64,000 bases of DNA, taken from positions 10,230,001 to 10,294,000 of the forward strand of contig OZ059899.1 of assembly GCA_964057225.1 (NCBI GenBank), given 5' to 3'. Below, piece after piece: positions 11,728 through 25,041 of this stretch; within the stretch, counting starts at the first letter, position 1; the number at the start of each line of letters is the position of its first letter. A model generated the notes under the pieces. The model was not told the DNA's origin. It saw only the letters and a list, made by a program, of their open reading frames with translations, and made no database searches. The position numbers were made by a program, and so were the translations under genes. The stretch is from Auanema rhodensis (Eukaryota > Animalia > Nematoda).

Positions 11728-12263
11728 TAAATTTTTTTCATTTGACTTGTCATTTACAAAAATCAAATTTATCTTCTTCAACGATTATTTTTGCAATGTG
11801 TCATAAAAATTTCACAGTTGAACAAAACGTTTTTTAAGAATTTTTTTTGTTGTCAACATATATATTTTCCTGGAATTCGAAAGCATTTGGGATGGAAATT
11901 AGAAAGAAAAGAACTAGTTTTTCCTATTTTAAAACAAACAAAAAAAAATAAAATGAAAAAGATTGTTAGATATCCAATTTAAACTTATACATTTACTTCG
12001 ATAAAGAGCCTATTAGTTTGAAATTTTATGTCTTACAGTTCTCCAACAGAACAGACTGATCCTGATTTCTCTATGATTACATAAAATTCTCGTTTGATAT
12101 AAAAAAAGAAGAGGAATAACGTTTCCAGGATGTCAATGATATCGAATCTAGTGATATTGTAAACAAATGTAATGTCAGCTCCATAGGTTTTCTCTTAATT
12201 TCTCTCATCACAATTGTCTTAGTTTTTTTTCTCATAAGAGTTTCTGAAATCTTAGGTGAACAA

Positions 12264-12336
12264 GGCCGCGTGGCGCAATGGATAACGCGTCTGCCTACGG
12301 AGCAGAAGATTGTAGGTTCGAATCCTGCCGTGGTCG
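12264..12336 (+). tRNA. trnR-ACG: tRNA-Arg(ACG), type B flank
   Basis: Same 73-nt sequence as 816-888, followed by T7. Confidence 0.97.
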
Positions 12337-15300
12337 TAAATTTTTTTCATTTCACTTGTCATTTACAAAAATTAAATTTATCTTCTTCAACGATTATTTT
12401 TGCAATGTGTCATAAAAATTTCACAGTTGAACAAAAAGTTTTTTGAGAATTTTTTTTGTTGTCAACATATATATTTTCCTGGAATTCGAAAGCATTTGGG
12501 ATGGAAATTAGAAAGAAAAGAACTAGTTTTTCCTATTTTAAAACAAACAAAAAAAAATAAAATGAAAAAGATTGTTAGATATCCAATTTAAACTTATACA
12601 TTTACTTCGATAAAGAGCCTATTAGTTTGAAATTTTATGTCTTACAGTTCTCCAACAGAACAGACTGATCCTGATTTCTCTATGATTACATAAAACTCTC
12701 GTTTGATATACAAAAAGGAGAGGAATAACGTGTCCAGGATATCAATGATATCGAATCTAGTGATATTGTAGAAAAATGTAATGTCAGCTCCATAGGTTTT
12801 CTCTTAATTTCTCTCATCACAATTGTCTTAGTTTTTTTTCTCATAAGAGTTTCTGAAATCTTAGGTGAACAAGGCCGTATATATTTTTTTCTGGAATTCG
12901 AAAGCATTTGGGATGGATATTAGAAGGAAAAGAACTAATTTTTCCTACTTTAAAACAAACAATAAGAAATAAAATAAAAAAGATTGTTAGATATCCAATT
13001 TAAACTTATACATTTACTTTGATAAAGAGCCTATTAGTTTGAAATTTTATGTCTTACAGTTCTCCAACAGAACAGACTGATCCTGATTTCTCTATGATTA
13101 CATAAAACTCTCGTTTGATATAAAAAAAGAAGAGGAATAACGTTTCCAGGATGTCAATGATATCGAATCTAGTGATATTGTAGAAAAATGTAATGTCAGC
13201 TCCATAGGTTTTCTCTTAATTTCTCTCATCACAATTGTCTTAGTTTTTTTTCTCATTAGAGTTTCTGAAATCTTAGGTGAACAAGGCCGTATATATTTTT
13301 TTCTAGAATTCGAAAGCATTTGGGATGGACATTAGAAGTAAAAGAACTAGTTTTTCCTACTTTAAAACAAACAAAAAAAATAAAATGAAAAAGATTGTTA
13401 GATATCCAATTTAAACTTATACATTTACTTCGATAAAGAGCCTATTAGTTTGAAATTTTATGTCTTACAGTTCTCCAACAGAACAGACTGATCCTGATTT
13501 CTCTATGATTATATAAAACTCTCGTTTGATATAAAAAAAGAAGAGGAATAACGTTTCCAGGATGTCAATGATATCGAATCTAGTGATATTGTAGAAAAAT
13601 GTAATGTCAGCTCCATAGGTTTTCTCTTAATTTCTTCCATCACAATTGTCTTAGTTTTTTTTCTCATAAGAGTTTCTGAAATCTTAGGTGAACAAGGCCG
13701 TATATATTTTTTTCTGGAATTCGAAAGCATTTGGGTTGGAAATTAGAAAGAAAAGAACTAATTTTTCCTACTTTAAAACAAACAATAAGAAATAAAATAA
13801 AAAAGATTGTTAGATATCCAATTTAAACTTATACAATTACTTCGATAAAGAGCCTATTAGTTTGAAATTTTATGTCTTACAGTTCTCCAACAGAACAGAC
13901 TGATCCTGATTTCTCTATGATTACATAAAACTCTCGTTTGATATAAAAAAAGAAGAGGAATAACGTTTCCAGGATGTCAATGATATCGAATCTAGTGATA
14001 TTGTAGAAAAATGTAATGTCAGCTCCATAGGTTTTCTCTTAATTTCTCTCATCACAATTGTCTTAGTTTTTTTTCTCATAAGAGTTTCTGAAATCTTAGG
14101 TGAACAAGGCCGTATATATTTTTTTCTGGAATTCGAAAGCATTTGGGATGGAAATTAGAAAGAAAAGAACTAGTTTTTCCTACTTTAAAACAAACAATAA
14201 GAAATAAAATAAAAAAGATTGTTAGATATCCAATTTAAACTTATACATTTACTTCGATAAAGAGCCTATTAGTTTGAAATTTTATGTCTTACAGTTCTCC
14301 AACAGAACAGACTGATCCTGATTTCTCTATGATTATATAAAACTCTCGTTTGATATAAAAAAAGAAGAGGAATAACGTTTCCAGGATGTCAATGATATCG
14401 AATCTAGTGATATTGTAGAAAAATGTAATGTCAGCTCCATAGGTTTTCTCTTAATTTCTCTCATCACAATTGTCTTAGTTTTTTTTCTCATAAGAGTTTC
14501 TGAAATCTTAGGTGAACAAGGCCGTATATATTTTTTTCTGGAATTCGAAAGCATTTGGGATGGAAATTAGAAAGAAAAGAACTAGTTTTTCCTACTTTAA
14601 AACAAACAATAAGAAATAAAATAAAAAAGATTGTTAGATATCCAATTTAAACTTATACATTTACTTCGATAAAGAGCCTATTAGTTTGAAATTTTATGTC
14701 TTACAGTTTTCCAACAGAACAGACTGATCCTGATTTCTCTATGATTATATAAAAATCTCGTTTGATATAAAAAAAGAAGAGGAATAACATTTCCAGGATG
14801 TCAATGATATCGAATCTAGTGATATTGTAGAAAAATGTAATGTCAGCTCCATAGGTTTTCTCTTAATTTCTCTCATCACAATTGTCTTAGTTTTTTTTCT
14901 CATAAGAGTTTCTGAAATCTTAGGTGAACAAGGCCGTATATATTTTTTTCTGGAATTCGAAAGCATTTGGGATGGAAATTAGAAAGAAAAGAACTAGTTT
15001 TTCCTATTTTAAAACAAACAAAAAAAAATAAAATGAAAAAGATTGTTAGATATCCAATTTAAACTTATACATTTACTTCGATAAAGAGCCTATTAGTTTG
15101 AAATTTTATGTCTTACAGTTCTCCAACAGAACAGACTGATCCTGATTTCTCTATGATTATATAAAACTCTCGTTTGATATAAAAAAAGAAGAGGAATAAC
15201 GTTTCCAGGATGTCAATGATATCGAATCTAGTGATATTGTAGAAAAATGTAATGTCAGCTCCATAGGTTTTCTCTTAATTTCTCTCATCACAATTGTCTT

Positions 15301-16989
15301 AGTTTTTTTTCTCATAAGAGTTTCTGAAATCTTAGGTGAACAAGGCCGTATATATTTTTTTCTGGAATTCGAAAGCATTTGAGATGGAAATTAGAAAGAA
15401 AAGAACTAGTTTTTCCTACTTTAAAACAAACAATAAGAAATAAAATAAAAAAGATTGTTAGATATCCAATTTAAACTTATACATTTACTTCGATAAAGAG
15501 CCTATTAGTTTGAAATTTTATGTCTTACAGTTCTCCAACAGAACAGACTGATCCTGATTTCTCTATGATTATATAAAAATCTCGTTTGATATAAAAAAAG
15601 AAGAGGAATAACATTTCCAGGATGTCAATGATATCGAATCTAGTGATATTGTAGAAAAATGTAATGTCAGCTCCATAGGTTTTCTCTTAATTTCTCTCAT
15701 CACAATTGTCTTAGTTTTTTTTCTCATAAGAGTTTCTGAAATCTTAGGTGAACAAGGCCGTATATATTTTTTTCTGGAATTCGAAAGCATTTGGGATGGA
15801 AATTAGAAAGAAAAGAACTAGTTTTTCCTATTTTAAAACAAACAAAAAAAAATAAAATGAAAAAGATTGTTAGATATCCAATTTAAACTTATACATTTAC
15901 TTCGATAAAGAGCCTATTAGTTTGAAATTTTATGTCTTACAGTTCTCCAACAGAACAGACTGATCCTGATTTCTCTATGATTACATAAAACTCTCGTTTG
16001 ATATACAAAAAGGAGAGGAATAACGTGTCCAGGATATCAATGATATCGAATCTAGTGATATTGTAGAAAAATGTAATGTCAGCTCCATAGGTTTTCTCTT
16101 AATTTCTCTCATCACAATTGTGTTAGTTTTTTTTCTCATTAGAGTTTCTGAAATCTTAGGTGAACAAGGCCGTATATATTTTTTTCTGGAATTCGAAAGC
16201 ATTTGGGATGGACATTAGAAGTAAAAGAACTAGTTTTTCCTACTTTAAAACAAACAAAAAAAAATAAAATGAAAAAGATTGTTAGATATCCAATTTAAAC
16301 TTATACATTTGCTTCGATAAAGAGCCTATTAGTTTGAAATTTTATGTCTTACAGTTCTCCAACAGAACAGACTGATCCTGATTTCTCTATGATTACATAA
16401 AACTATCGTTTGATATAAAAAAAGAAGAGGAATAACGTTTCCAGGATGTCAATGATATCGAATCTAGTGATATTGTAAAAAAATGTAATGTCAGCTCCAT
16501 AAGTTTTCTCTTAATTTCTCTCATCACAATTGTCTTAGTTTTTTTTCTCATAAGAGTTTCTGAAATCTTAGGTGAACAAGGCCGTATATATTTTTTTCTG
16601 GAATTCGAAAGCATTTGGGATGGAAATTAGAAAGAAAAGAACTAGTTTTTCCTACTTTAAAACATACAATAAGAAATAAAATAAAAAAGATTGTTAGATA
16701 TCCAATTTAAACTTATACATTTACTTCGATAAAGAGCCTATTAGTTTGAAATTTTATGTCTTACAGTTCTCCAACAGAACAGACTGATCCTGATTTCTCT
16801 ATGATTACATAAAACTCTCGTTTGATATACAAAAAGGAGAGGAATAACGTTTCCAGGATATCAATGATATCGAATCTAGTGATATTGTAGAAAAATGTAA
16901 TGTCAGCTCCATAGTTTTTCTCTAAATTTCTCTCATCACAATAGTCTTATTTTTTTTTCATAAGAGTTTCTGAAATCTTAGTTGAACAA

Positions 16990-17062
16990 GGCCGCGTGGC
17001 GCAATGGATAACGCGTCTGCCTACGGAGCAGAAGATTGTAGGTTCGAATCCTGCCGTGGTCG
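16990..17062 (+). tRNA. trnR-ACG: tRNA-Arg(ACG), type A flank
   Basis: Same 73-nt sequence as 816-888, followed by T7. Confidence 0.97.
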
Positions 17063-18420
17063 TAAATTTTTTTCATTTGACTTGTCATTTACAAAAATCA
17101 AATTTATCTTCTTCAACGATTATTTTTGCAATGTGTCATAAAAATTTCACAGTTGAACAAAACGTTTTTTAAGAATTTTTTTTGTTGTCAACATATATAT
17201 TTTCCTGGAATTCGAAAGCATTTGGGATGGAAATTAGAAAGAAAAGAACTAGTTTTTCCTATTTTAAAACAAACAAAAAAAAATAAAATGAAAAAGATTG
17301 TTAGATATCCAATTTAAACTTATACATTTACTTCGATAAAGAGCCTATTAGTTTGAAATTTTATGTCTTACAGTTCTCCAACAGAACAGACTGATCCTGA
17401 TTTCTCTATGATTACATAAAATTCTCGTTTGATATAAAAAAAGAAGAGGAATAACGTTTCCAGGATGTCAATGATATCGAATCTAGTGATATTGTAAAAA
17501 AATGTAATGTCAGCTCCATAGGTTTTCTCTTAATTTCTCTTATCACAATTGTCTTAGTTTTTTTTCTCATAAGAGTTTCTGAAATCTTAGGTGAACAAGG
17601 CCGTATATATTTTTTTCTGGAATTCGAAAGCATTTGGGATGGAAATTAGAAAGAAAAGAACTAGTTTTTCCTACTTTAAAACGAACAATAAGAAATAAAA
17701 TAAAAAAGATTGTTAGATATCCAATTTAAACTTATACATTTACTTCGATAAAGAGCCTATTAGTTTGAAATTTTATGTCTTACAGTTCTCCAACAGAACA
17801 GACTGATCCTGATTTCTCTATGATTACATAAAACTCTCGTTTGATATACAAAAAGAAGAGGAATAACGTTTCCAGGATGTCAATGATATCGAATCTAGTG
17901 ATATTGTAGAAAAATGTAATGTCAGCTCCATAGGTTTTCTCTTAATTTCTCTCATCACAATTGTCTTAGTTTTTTTTCTCATAAGAGTTTCTGAAATCTT
18001 AGGTGAACAAGGCCGTATATATTTTTTTCTGGAATTCGAAAACATTTGGGATGGAAATTAGAAGGAAAAGAACTAGTTTCTCCTACTTTAAAACAAACAA
18101 TAAGAAATAAAATAAAAAAGATTGTTAGATATCCAATTTAAACTTATACATTTACTTTGATAAAGAGCCTATTAGTTTGAAATTTTATGTCTTACAGTTC
18201 TCCAACAGAACAGACTGATCCTGATTTCTCTATGATTACATAAAACTCTCGTTTGATATACAAAAAGGAGAGGAATAACGTTTCCAGGATATCAATGATA
18301 TCGAATCTAGTGATATTGTAGAAAAATGTAATGTCAGCTCCATAGTTTTTCTCTAAATTTCTCTCATCACAATAGTCTTATTTTTTTTTCATAAGAGTTT
18401 CTGAAATCTTAGTTGAACAA

Positions 18421-18493
18421 GGCCGCGTGGCGCAATGGATAACGCGTCTGCCTACGGAGCAGAAGATTGTAGGTTCGAATCCTGCCGTGGTCG
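18421..18493 (+). tRNA. trnR-ACG: tRNA-Arg(ACG), type A flank
   Basis: Same 73-nt sequence as 816-888, followed by T7. Confidence 0.97.
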
Positions 18494-19441
18494 TAAATTT
18501 TTTTCATTTGACTTGTCATTTACAAAAATCAAATTTATCTTCTTCAACGATTATTTTTGCAATGTGTCATATAAATTTCACAGTTGAACAAAACGTTTTT
18601 TAAGAATTTTTTTTGTTGTCAACATATATATTTTCCTGGAATTCGAAAGCATTTGGGATGGAAATTAGAAAGAAAAGAACTAGTTTTTCCTATTTTAAAA
18701 CAAACAAAAAAAAATAAAATGAAAAAGATTGTTAGATATCCAATTCAAACTTATACATTTACTTCGATAAAGAGCCTATTAGTTTGAAATTTTATGTCTT
18801 ACAGTTCTCCAACAGAACAGACTGATCCTGATTTCTCTATGATTACATAAAACTCTCGTTTGATATAAAAAAAGAAGAGGAATAACGTTTCCAGGATGTC
18901 AATGATATCGAATCTAGTGATATTGTAAAAAAATGTAATGTCAGCTCCATAGGTTTTCTCTTAATTTCTCTCATCACAATTGTCTTAGTTTTTTTTCTCA
19001 TAAGAGTTTCTGAAATCTTAGGTGAACAAGGCCGTATATATATTTTCCTGGAATTCGAAAGCATTTGGGATGGAAATTAGAAAGAAAAGAACTAGTTTTT
19101 CCTACTTTAAAACAAACAAAAAAAAATAAAATGAAAAAGATTGTTAGATGTCCAATTTAAACTTATACATTTATTTCGATAAAGAGCCTATTAGTTTGAA
19201 ATTTTATGTCTTACAGTTCTCCAACAGAACAGACTGATCCTGATTTCTCTATGATTACATAAAACTCTCGTTTGATATAAAAAAAGAAGAGGAATAACGT
19301 TTCCAGGATGTCAATGATATCGAATCTAGTGATATTGTAGAAAAATGTAATGTCAGCTCCATAGGTTTTCTCTTAATTTCTCTCATCACAATTGTCTTAG
19401 TTTTTTTTCTCATAAGAGTTTCTGAAATCTTAGGTGAACAA

Positions 19442-19514
19442 GGCCGCGTGGCGCAATGGATAACGCGTCTGCCTACGGAGCAGAAGATTGTAGGTTCGAA
19501 TCCTGCCGTGGTCG
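19442..19514 (+). tRNA. trnR-ACG: tRNA-Arg(ACG), type B flank
   Basis: Same 73-nt sequence as 816-888, followed by T7. Confidence 0.97.
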
Positions 19515-20872
19515 TAAATTTTTTTCATTTCACTTGTCATTTACAAAAATTAAATTTATCTTCTTCAGCGATTATTTTTGCAATGTGTCATAAAAATTTC
19601 ACAGTTGAACAAAAAGTTTTTTGAGAATTTTTTTTGTTGTCAACATATATATTTTCCTGGAATTCGAAAGCATTTGGGATGGAAATTAGAAAGAAAAGAA
19701 CTAGTTTTTCCTATTTTAAAACAAACAAAAAAAAATAAAATGAAAAAGATTGTTAGATATCCAATTTAAACTTATACATTTACTTCGATAAAGAGCCTAT
19801 TAGTTTGAAATTTTATGTCTTACAGTTCTCCAACAGAACAGACTGATCCTGATTTCTCTATGATTACATAAAACTCTCGTTTGATATACAAAAAGGAGAG
19901 GAATAACGTGTCCAGGATATCAATGATATCGAATCTAGTGATATTGTAGAAAAATGTAATGTCAGCTCCATAGGTTTTCTCTTAATTTCTCTCATCACAA
20001 TTGTCTTAGTTTTTTTTCTCATAAGAGTTTCTGAAATCTTAGGTGAACAAGGCCGTATCTATTTTTTTCTGGAATTCGAAAGCATTTGGGATGGATATTA
20101 GAAGGAAAAGAACTAGTTTTTCCTACTTTAAAACAAACAATAAGAAATAAAATAAAAAAGATTGTTAGATATCCAATTTAAACTTATACATTTACTTTGA
20201 TAAAGAGCCTATTAGTTTGAAATTTTATGTCTTACAGTTCTCCAACAGAACAGACTGATCCTGATTTCTCTATGATTACATAAAACTCTTGTTTGATATA
20301 AAAAAAGAAGAGGAATAACGTTTCCAGGATGTCAATGATATCGAATCTAGTGATATTGTAAAAAAATGTAATGTCAGCTCCATAAGTTTTCTCTTAATTT
20401 CTCTCATCACAATTGTCTTAGTTTTTTTTCTCATAAGAGTTTCTGAAATCTTAGGTGAACAAGGCCGTATATTTTTTTTTCTGGAATTCGAAAGCATTTG
20501 GGATGGAAATTAGAAAGAAAAGAACTAGTTTTTCCTACTTTAAAACATACAATAAGAAATAAAATAAAAAAGATTGTTAGATATCCAATTTAAACTTATA
20601 CATTTACTTCGATAAAGAGCCTATTAGTTTGAAATTTTATGTCTTACAGTTCTCCAACAGAACAGACTGATCCTGATTTCTCTATGATTACATAAAACTC
20701 TCGTTTGATATACAAAAAGGAGAGGAATAACGTTTCCAGGATATCAATGATATCGAATCTAGTGATATTGTAGAAAAATGTAATGTCAGCTCCATAGTTT
20801 TTCTCTAAATTTCTCTCATCACAATAGTCTTATTTTTTTTTCATAAGAGTTTCTGAAATCTTAGTTGAACAA

Positions 20873-20945
20873 GGCCGCGTGGCGCAATGGATAACGCGTC
20901 TGCCTACGGAGAAGAAGATTGTAGGTTCGAATCCTGCCGTGGTCG
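20873..20945 (+). tRNA. trnR-ACG: tRNA-Arg(ACG) variant C40A (anticodon-stem mismatch; possibly non-functional), type A flank
   Basis: TCTGC-CTACGGA-GAAGA: C>A at 20912 breaks the G30-C40 pair; the rest is identical. Confidence 0.8.
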
Positions 20946-23538
20946 TAAATTTTTTTCATTTGACTTGTCATTTACAAAAATCAAATTTATCTTCTTCAAC
21001 GATTATTTTTGCAATGTGTCATAAAAATTTCACAGTTGAACAAAACGTTTTTTAAGAATTTTTTTTGTTGTCAACATATATATTTTCCTGGAATTCGAAA
21101 GCATTTGGGATGGAAATTAGAAAGAAAAGAACTAGTTTTTCCTATTTTAAAACAAACAAAAAAAAATAAAATGAAAAAGATTGTTAGATATCCAATTTAA
21201 ACTTATACATTTACTTCGATAAAGAGCCTATTAGTTTGAAATTTTATGTCTTACAGTTCTGCAACAGAACAGACTGATCCTGATTTCTCTATGATTACAT
21301 AAAATTCTCGTTTGATATAAAAAAAGAAGAGGATTAACGTTTCCAGGATGTCAATGATATCGAATCTAGTGATATTGTAAAAAAATGTAATGTCAGCTCC
21401 ATAGGTTTTCTCTTAATTTCTCTTATCACAATTGTCTTAGTTTTTTTTCTCATAAGAGTTTCTGAAATCTTAGGTGAACAAGGCCGTATATATTTTTTTC
21501 TGGAATTCGAAAGCATTTGGGATGGAAATTAGAAAGAAAAGAACTAGTTTTTCCTACTTTAAAACGAACAATAAGAAATAAAATAAAAAAGATTGTTAGA
21601 TATCCAATTTAAACTTATACATTTACTTCGATAAAGAGCCTATTAGTTTGAAATTTTATGTCTTACAGTTCTCCAACAGAACAGACTGATCCTGATTTCT
21701 CTATGATTACATAAAACTCTCGTTTGATATACAAAAAGGAGAGGAATAACGTTTCCAGGATGTCAATGATATCGAATCTAGTGATATTGTAGAAAAATGT
21801 AATGTCAGCTCCATAGGTTTTCTCTTAATTTCTCTCATCACAATTGTCTTAGTTTTTTTTCTCATAAGAGTTTCTGAAATCTTAGGTGAACAAGGCCGTA
21901 TATATTTTTTTCTGGAATTCGAAAACATTTGGGATGGAAATTAGAAGGAAAAGAACTAGTTTCTCCTACTTTAAAACAAACAATAAGAAATAAAATAAAA
22001 AAGATTGTTAGATATCCAATTTAAACTTATACATTTACTTTGATAAAGAGCCTATTAGTTTGAAATTTTATGTCTTACAGTTCTCCAACAGAACAGACTG
22101 ATCCTGATTTCTCTATGATTACATAAAACTCTCGTTTGATATAAAAAAAGAAGAGGATTAACGTTTCCAGGATGTCAATGATATCGAATCTAGTGATATT
22201 GTAAAAAAATGTAATGTCAGCTCCATAGGTTTTCTCTTAATTTCTCTCATCACAATTGTCTTAGTTTTTTTTCTCATAAGAGTTTCTGAAATCTTAGGTG
22301 AACAAGGCCGTATATATATTTTCCTGGAATTCGAAAGCATTTGGGATGGAAATTAGAAAGAAAAGAACTAGTTTTCCTACTTTAAAACAAACAAAAAAAA
22401 ATAAAATGAAAAAGATTGTTAGATATCCAATTTAAACTTATACATTTACTTCGATAAAGAGCCTATTAGTTTGAAATTTTATGTCTTACAGTTCTGCAAC
22501 AGAACAGACTGATCCTGATTTCTCTATGATTACATAAAATTCTCGTTTGATATAAAAAAAGAAGAGGATTAACGTTTCCAGGATGTCAATGATATCGAAT
22601 CTAGTGATATTGTAAAAAAATGTAATGTCAGCTCCATAGGTTTTCTCTTAATTTCTCTTATCACAATTGTCTTAGTTTTTTTTCTCATAAGAGTTTCTGA
22701 AATCTTAGGTGAACAAGGCCGTATATATTTTTTTCTGGAATTCGAAAGCATTTGGGATGGAAATTAGAAAGAAAAGAACTAGTTTTTCCTACTTTAAAAC
22801 GAACAATAAGAAATAAAATAAAAAAGATTGTTAGATATCCAATTTAAACTTATACATTTACTTCGATAAAGAGCCTATTAGTTTGAAATTTTATGTCTTA
22901 CAGTTCTCCAACAGAACAGACTGATCCTGATTTCTCTATGATTACATAAAACTCTCGTTTGATATACAAAAAGGAGAGGAATAACGTTTCCAGGATGTCA
23001 ATGATATCGAATCTAGTGATATTGTAGAAAAATGTAATGTCAGCTCCATAGGTTTTCTCTTAATTTCTCTCATCACAATTGTCTTAGTTTTTTTTCTCAT
23101 AAGAGTTTCTGAAATCTTAGGTGAACAAGGCCGTATATATTTTTTTCTGGAATTCGAAAACATTTGGGATGGAAATTAGAAGGAAAAGAACTAGTTTCTC
23201 CTACTTTAAAACAAACAATAAGAAATAAAATAAAAAAGATTGTTAGATATCCAATTTAAACTTATACATTTACTTTGATAAAGAGCCTATTAGTTTGAAA
23301 TTTTATGTCTTACAGTTCTCCAACAGAACAGACTGATCCTGATTTCTCTATGATTACATAAAACTCTCGTTTGATATACAAAAAGGAGAGGAATAACGTT
23401 TCCAGGATATCAATGATATCGAATCTAGTGATATTGTAGAAAAATGTAATGTCAGCTCCATAGTTTTTCTCTAAATTTCTCTCATCACATTAGTCTTATT
23501 TTTTTTTCATAAGAGTTTCTGAAATCTTAGTTGAACAA

Positions 23539-23611
23539 GGCCGCGTGGCGCAATGGATAACGCGTCTGCCTACGGAGCAGAAGATTGTAGGTTCGAATCC
23601 TGCCGTGGTCG
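23539..23611 (+). tRNA. trnR-ACG: tRNA-Arg(ACG), type A flank
   Basis: Same 73-nt sequence as 816-888, followed by T7. Confidence 0.97.
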
Positions 23612-24968
23612 TAAATTTTTTTCATTTGACTTGTCATTTACAAAAATCAAATTTATCTTCTTCAACGATTATTTTTGCAATGTGTCATAAAAATTTCACA
23701 GTTGAACAAAACGTTTTTTAAGAATTTTTTTTGTTGTCAACATATATATTTTCCTGGAATTCGAAAGCATTTGGGATGGAAATTAGAAAGAAAAGAACTA
23801 GTTTTTCCTATTTTAAAACAAACAAAAAAAAATAAAATGAAAAAGATTGTTAGATATCCAATTTAAACTTATACATTTACTTCGATAAAGAGCCTATTAG
23901 TTTGAAATTTTATGTCTTACAGTTCTCCAACAGAACAGACTGATCCTGATTTCTCTATGATTACATAAAACTCTTGTTTGATATAAAAAAAGAAGAGGAA
24001 TAACGTTTCCAGGATGTCAATGATATCGAATCTAGTGATATTGTAGAAAAATGTAATGTCAGCTCCATAGGTTTTCTCTTAATTTCTCTCATCACAATTG
24101 TCTTAGTTTTTTTTCTCATTAGAGTTTCTGAAATCTTAGGTGAACAAGGCCGTATATATTTTTTTCTGGAATTCGAAAGCATTTGGGATGGACATTAGAA
24201 GTAAAAGAACTAGTTTTTCCTACTTTAAAACAAACAAAAAAAAATAAAATGAAAAAGATTGTTAGATATCCAATTTAAACTTATACATTTACTTCGATAA
24301 AGAGCCTATTAGTTTGAAATTTTATGTCTTACAGTTCTCCAACAGAACAGACTGATCCTGATTTCTCTATGATTACATAAAACTATCGTTTGATATAAAA
24401 AAAGAAGAGGAATAACGTTTCCAGGATGTCAATGATATCGAATCTAGTGATATTGTAAAAAAATGTAATGTCAGCTCCATAAGTTTTCTCTTAATTTCTC
24501 TCATCACAATTGTCTTAGTTTTTTTTCTCATAAGAGTTTCTGAAATCTTAGGTGAACAAGGCCGTATATATTTTTTTCTGGAATTCGAAAGCATTTGGGA
24601 TGGAAATTAGAAAGAAAAGAACTAGTTTTTCCTACTTTAAAACATACAATAAGAAATAAAATAAAAAAGATTGTTAGATATCCAATTTAAACTTATACAT
24701 TTACTTCGATAAAGAGCCTATTAGTTTGAAATTTTATGTCTTACAGTTCTCCAACAGAACAGACTGATCCTGATTTCTCTATGATTACATAAAACTCTCG
24801 TTTGATATACAAAAAGGAGAGGAATAACGTTTCCAGGATATCAATGATATCGAATCTAGTGATATTGTAGAAAAATGTAATGTCAGCTCCATAGTTTTTC
24901 TCTAAATTTCTCTCATCACAATAGTCTTATTTTTTTTCATAAGAGTTTCTGAAATCTTAGTTGAACAA

Positions 24969-25041
24969 GGCCGCGTGGCGCAATGGATAACGCGTCTGCC
25001 TACGGAGCAGAAGATTGTAGGTTCGAATCCTGCCGTGGTCG
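24969..25041 (+). tRNA. trnR-ACG: tRNA-Arg(ACG), type A flank
   Basis: Same 73-nt sequence as 816-888, followed by T7. Confidence 0.97.

Larger units (their letters stand above)
1..18927. repeat. Higher-order repeat, period 9821 bp (21 monomers: 6 long + 15 short), ~1.9 copies visible
   Basis: Constant offset of 9821 for ORFs and tRNAs (343/10164, 3688/13509, 8763/18584, 208/10029), with shared private variants. The match ends at 9107/18928. Confidence 0.95.
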
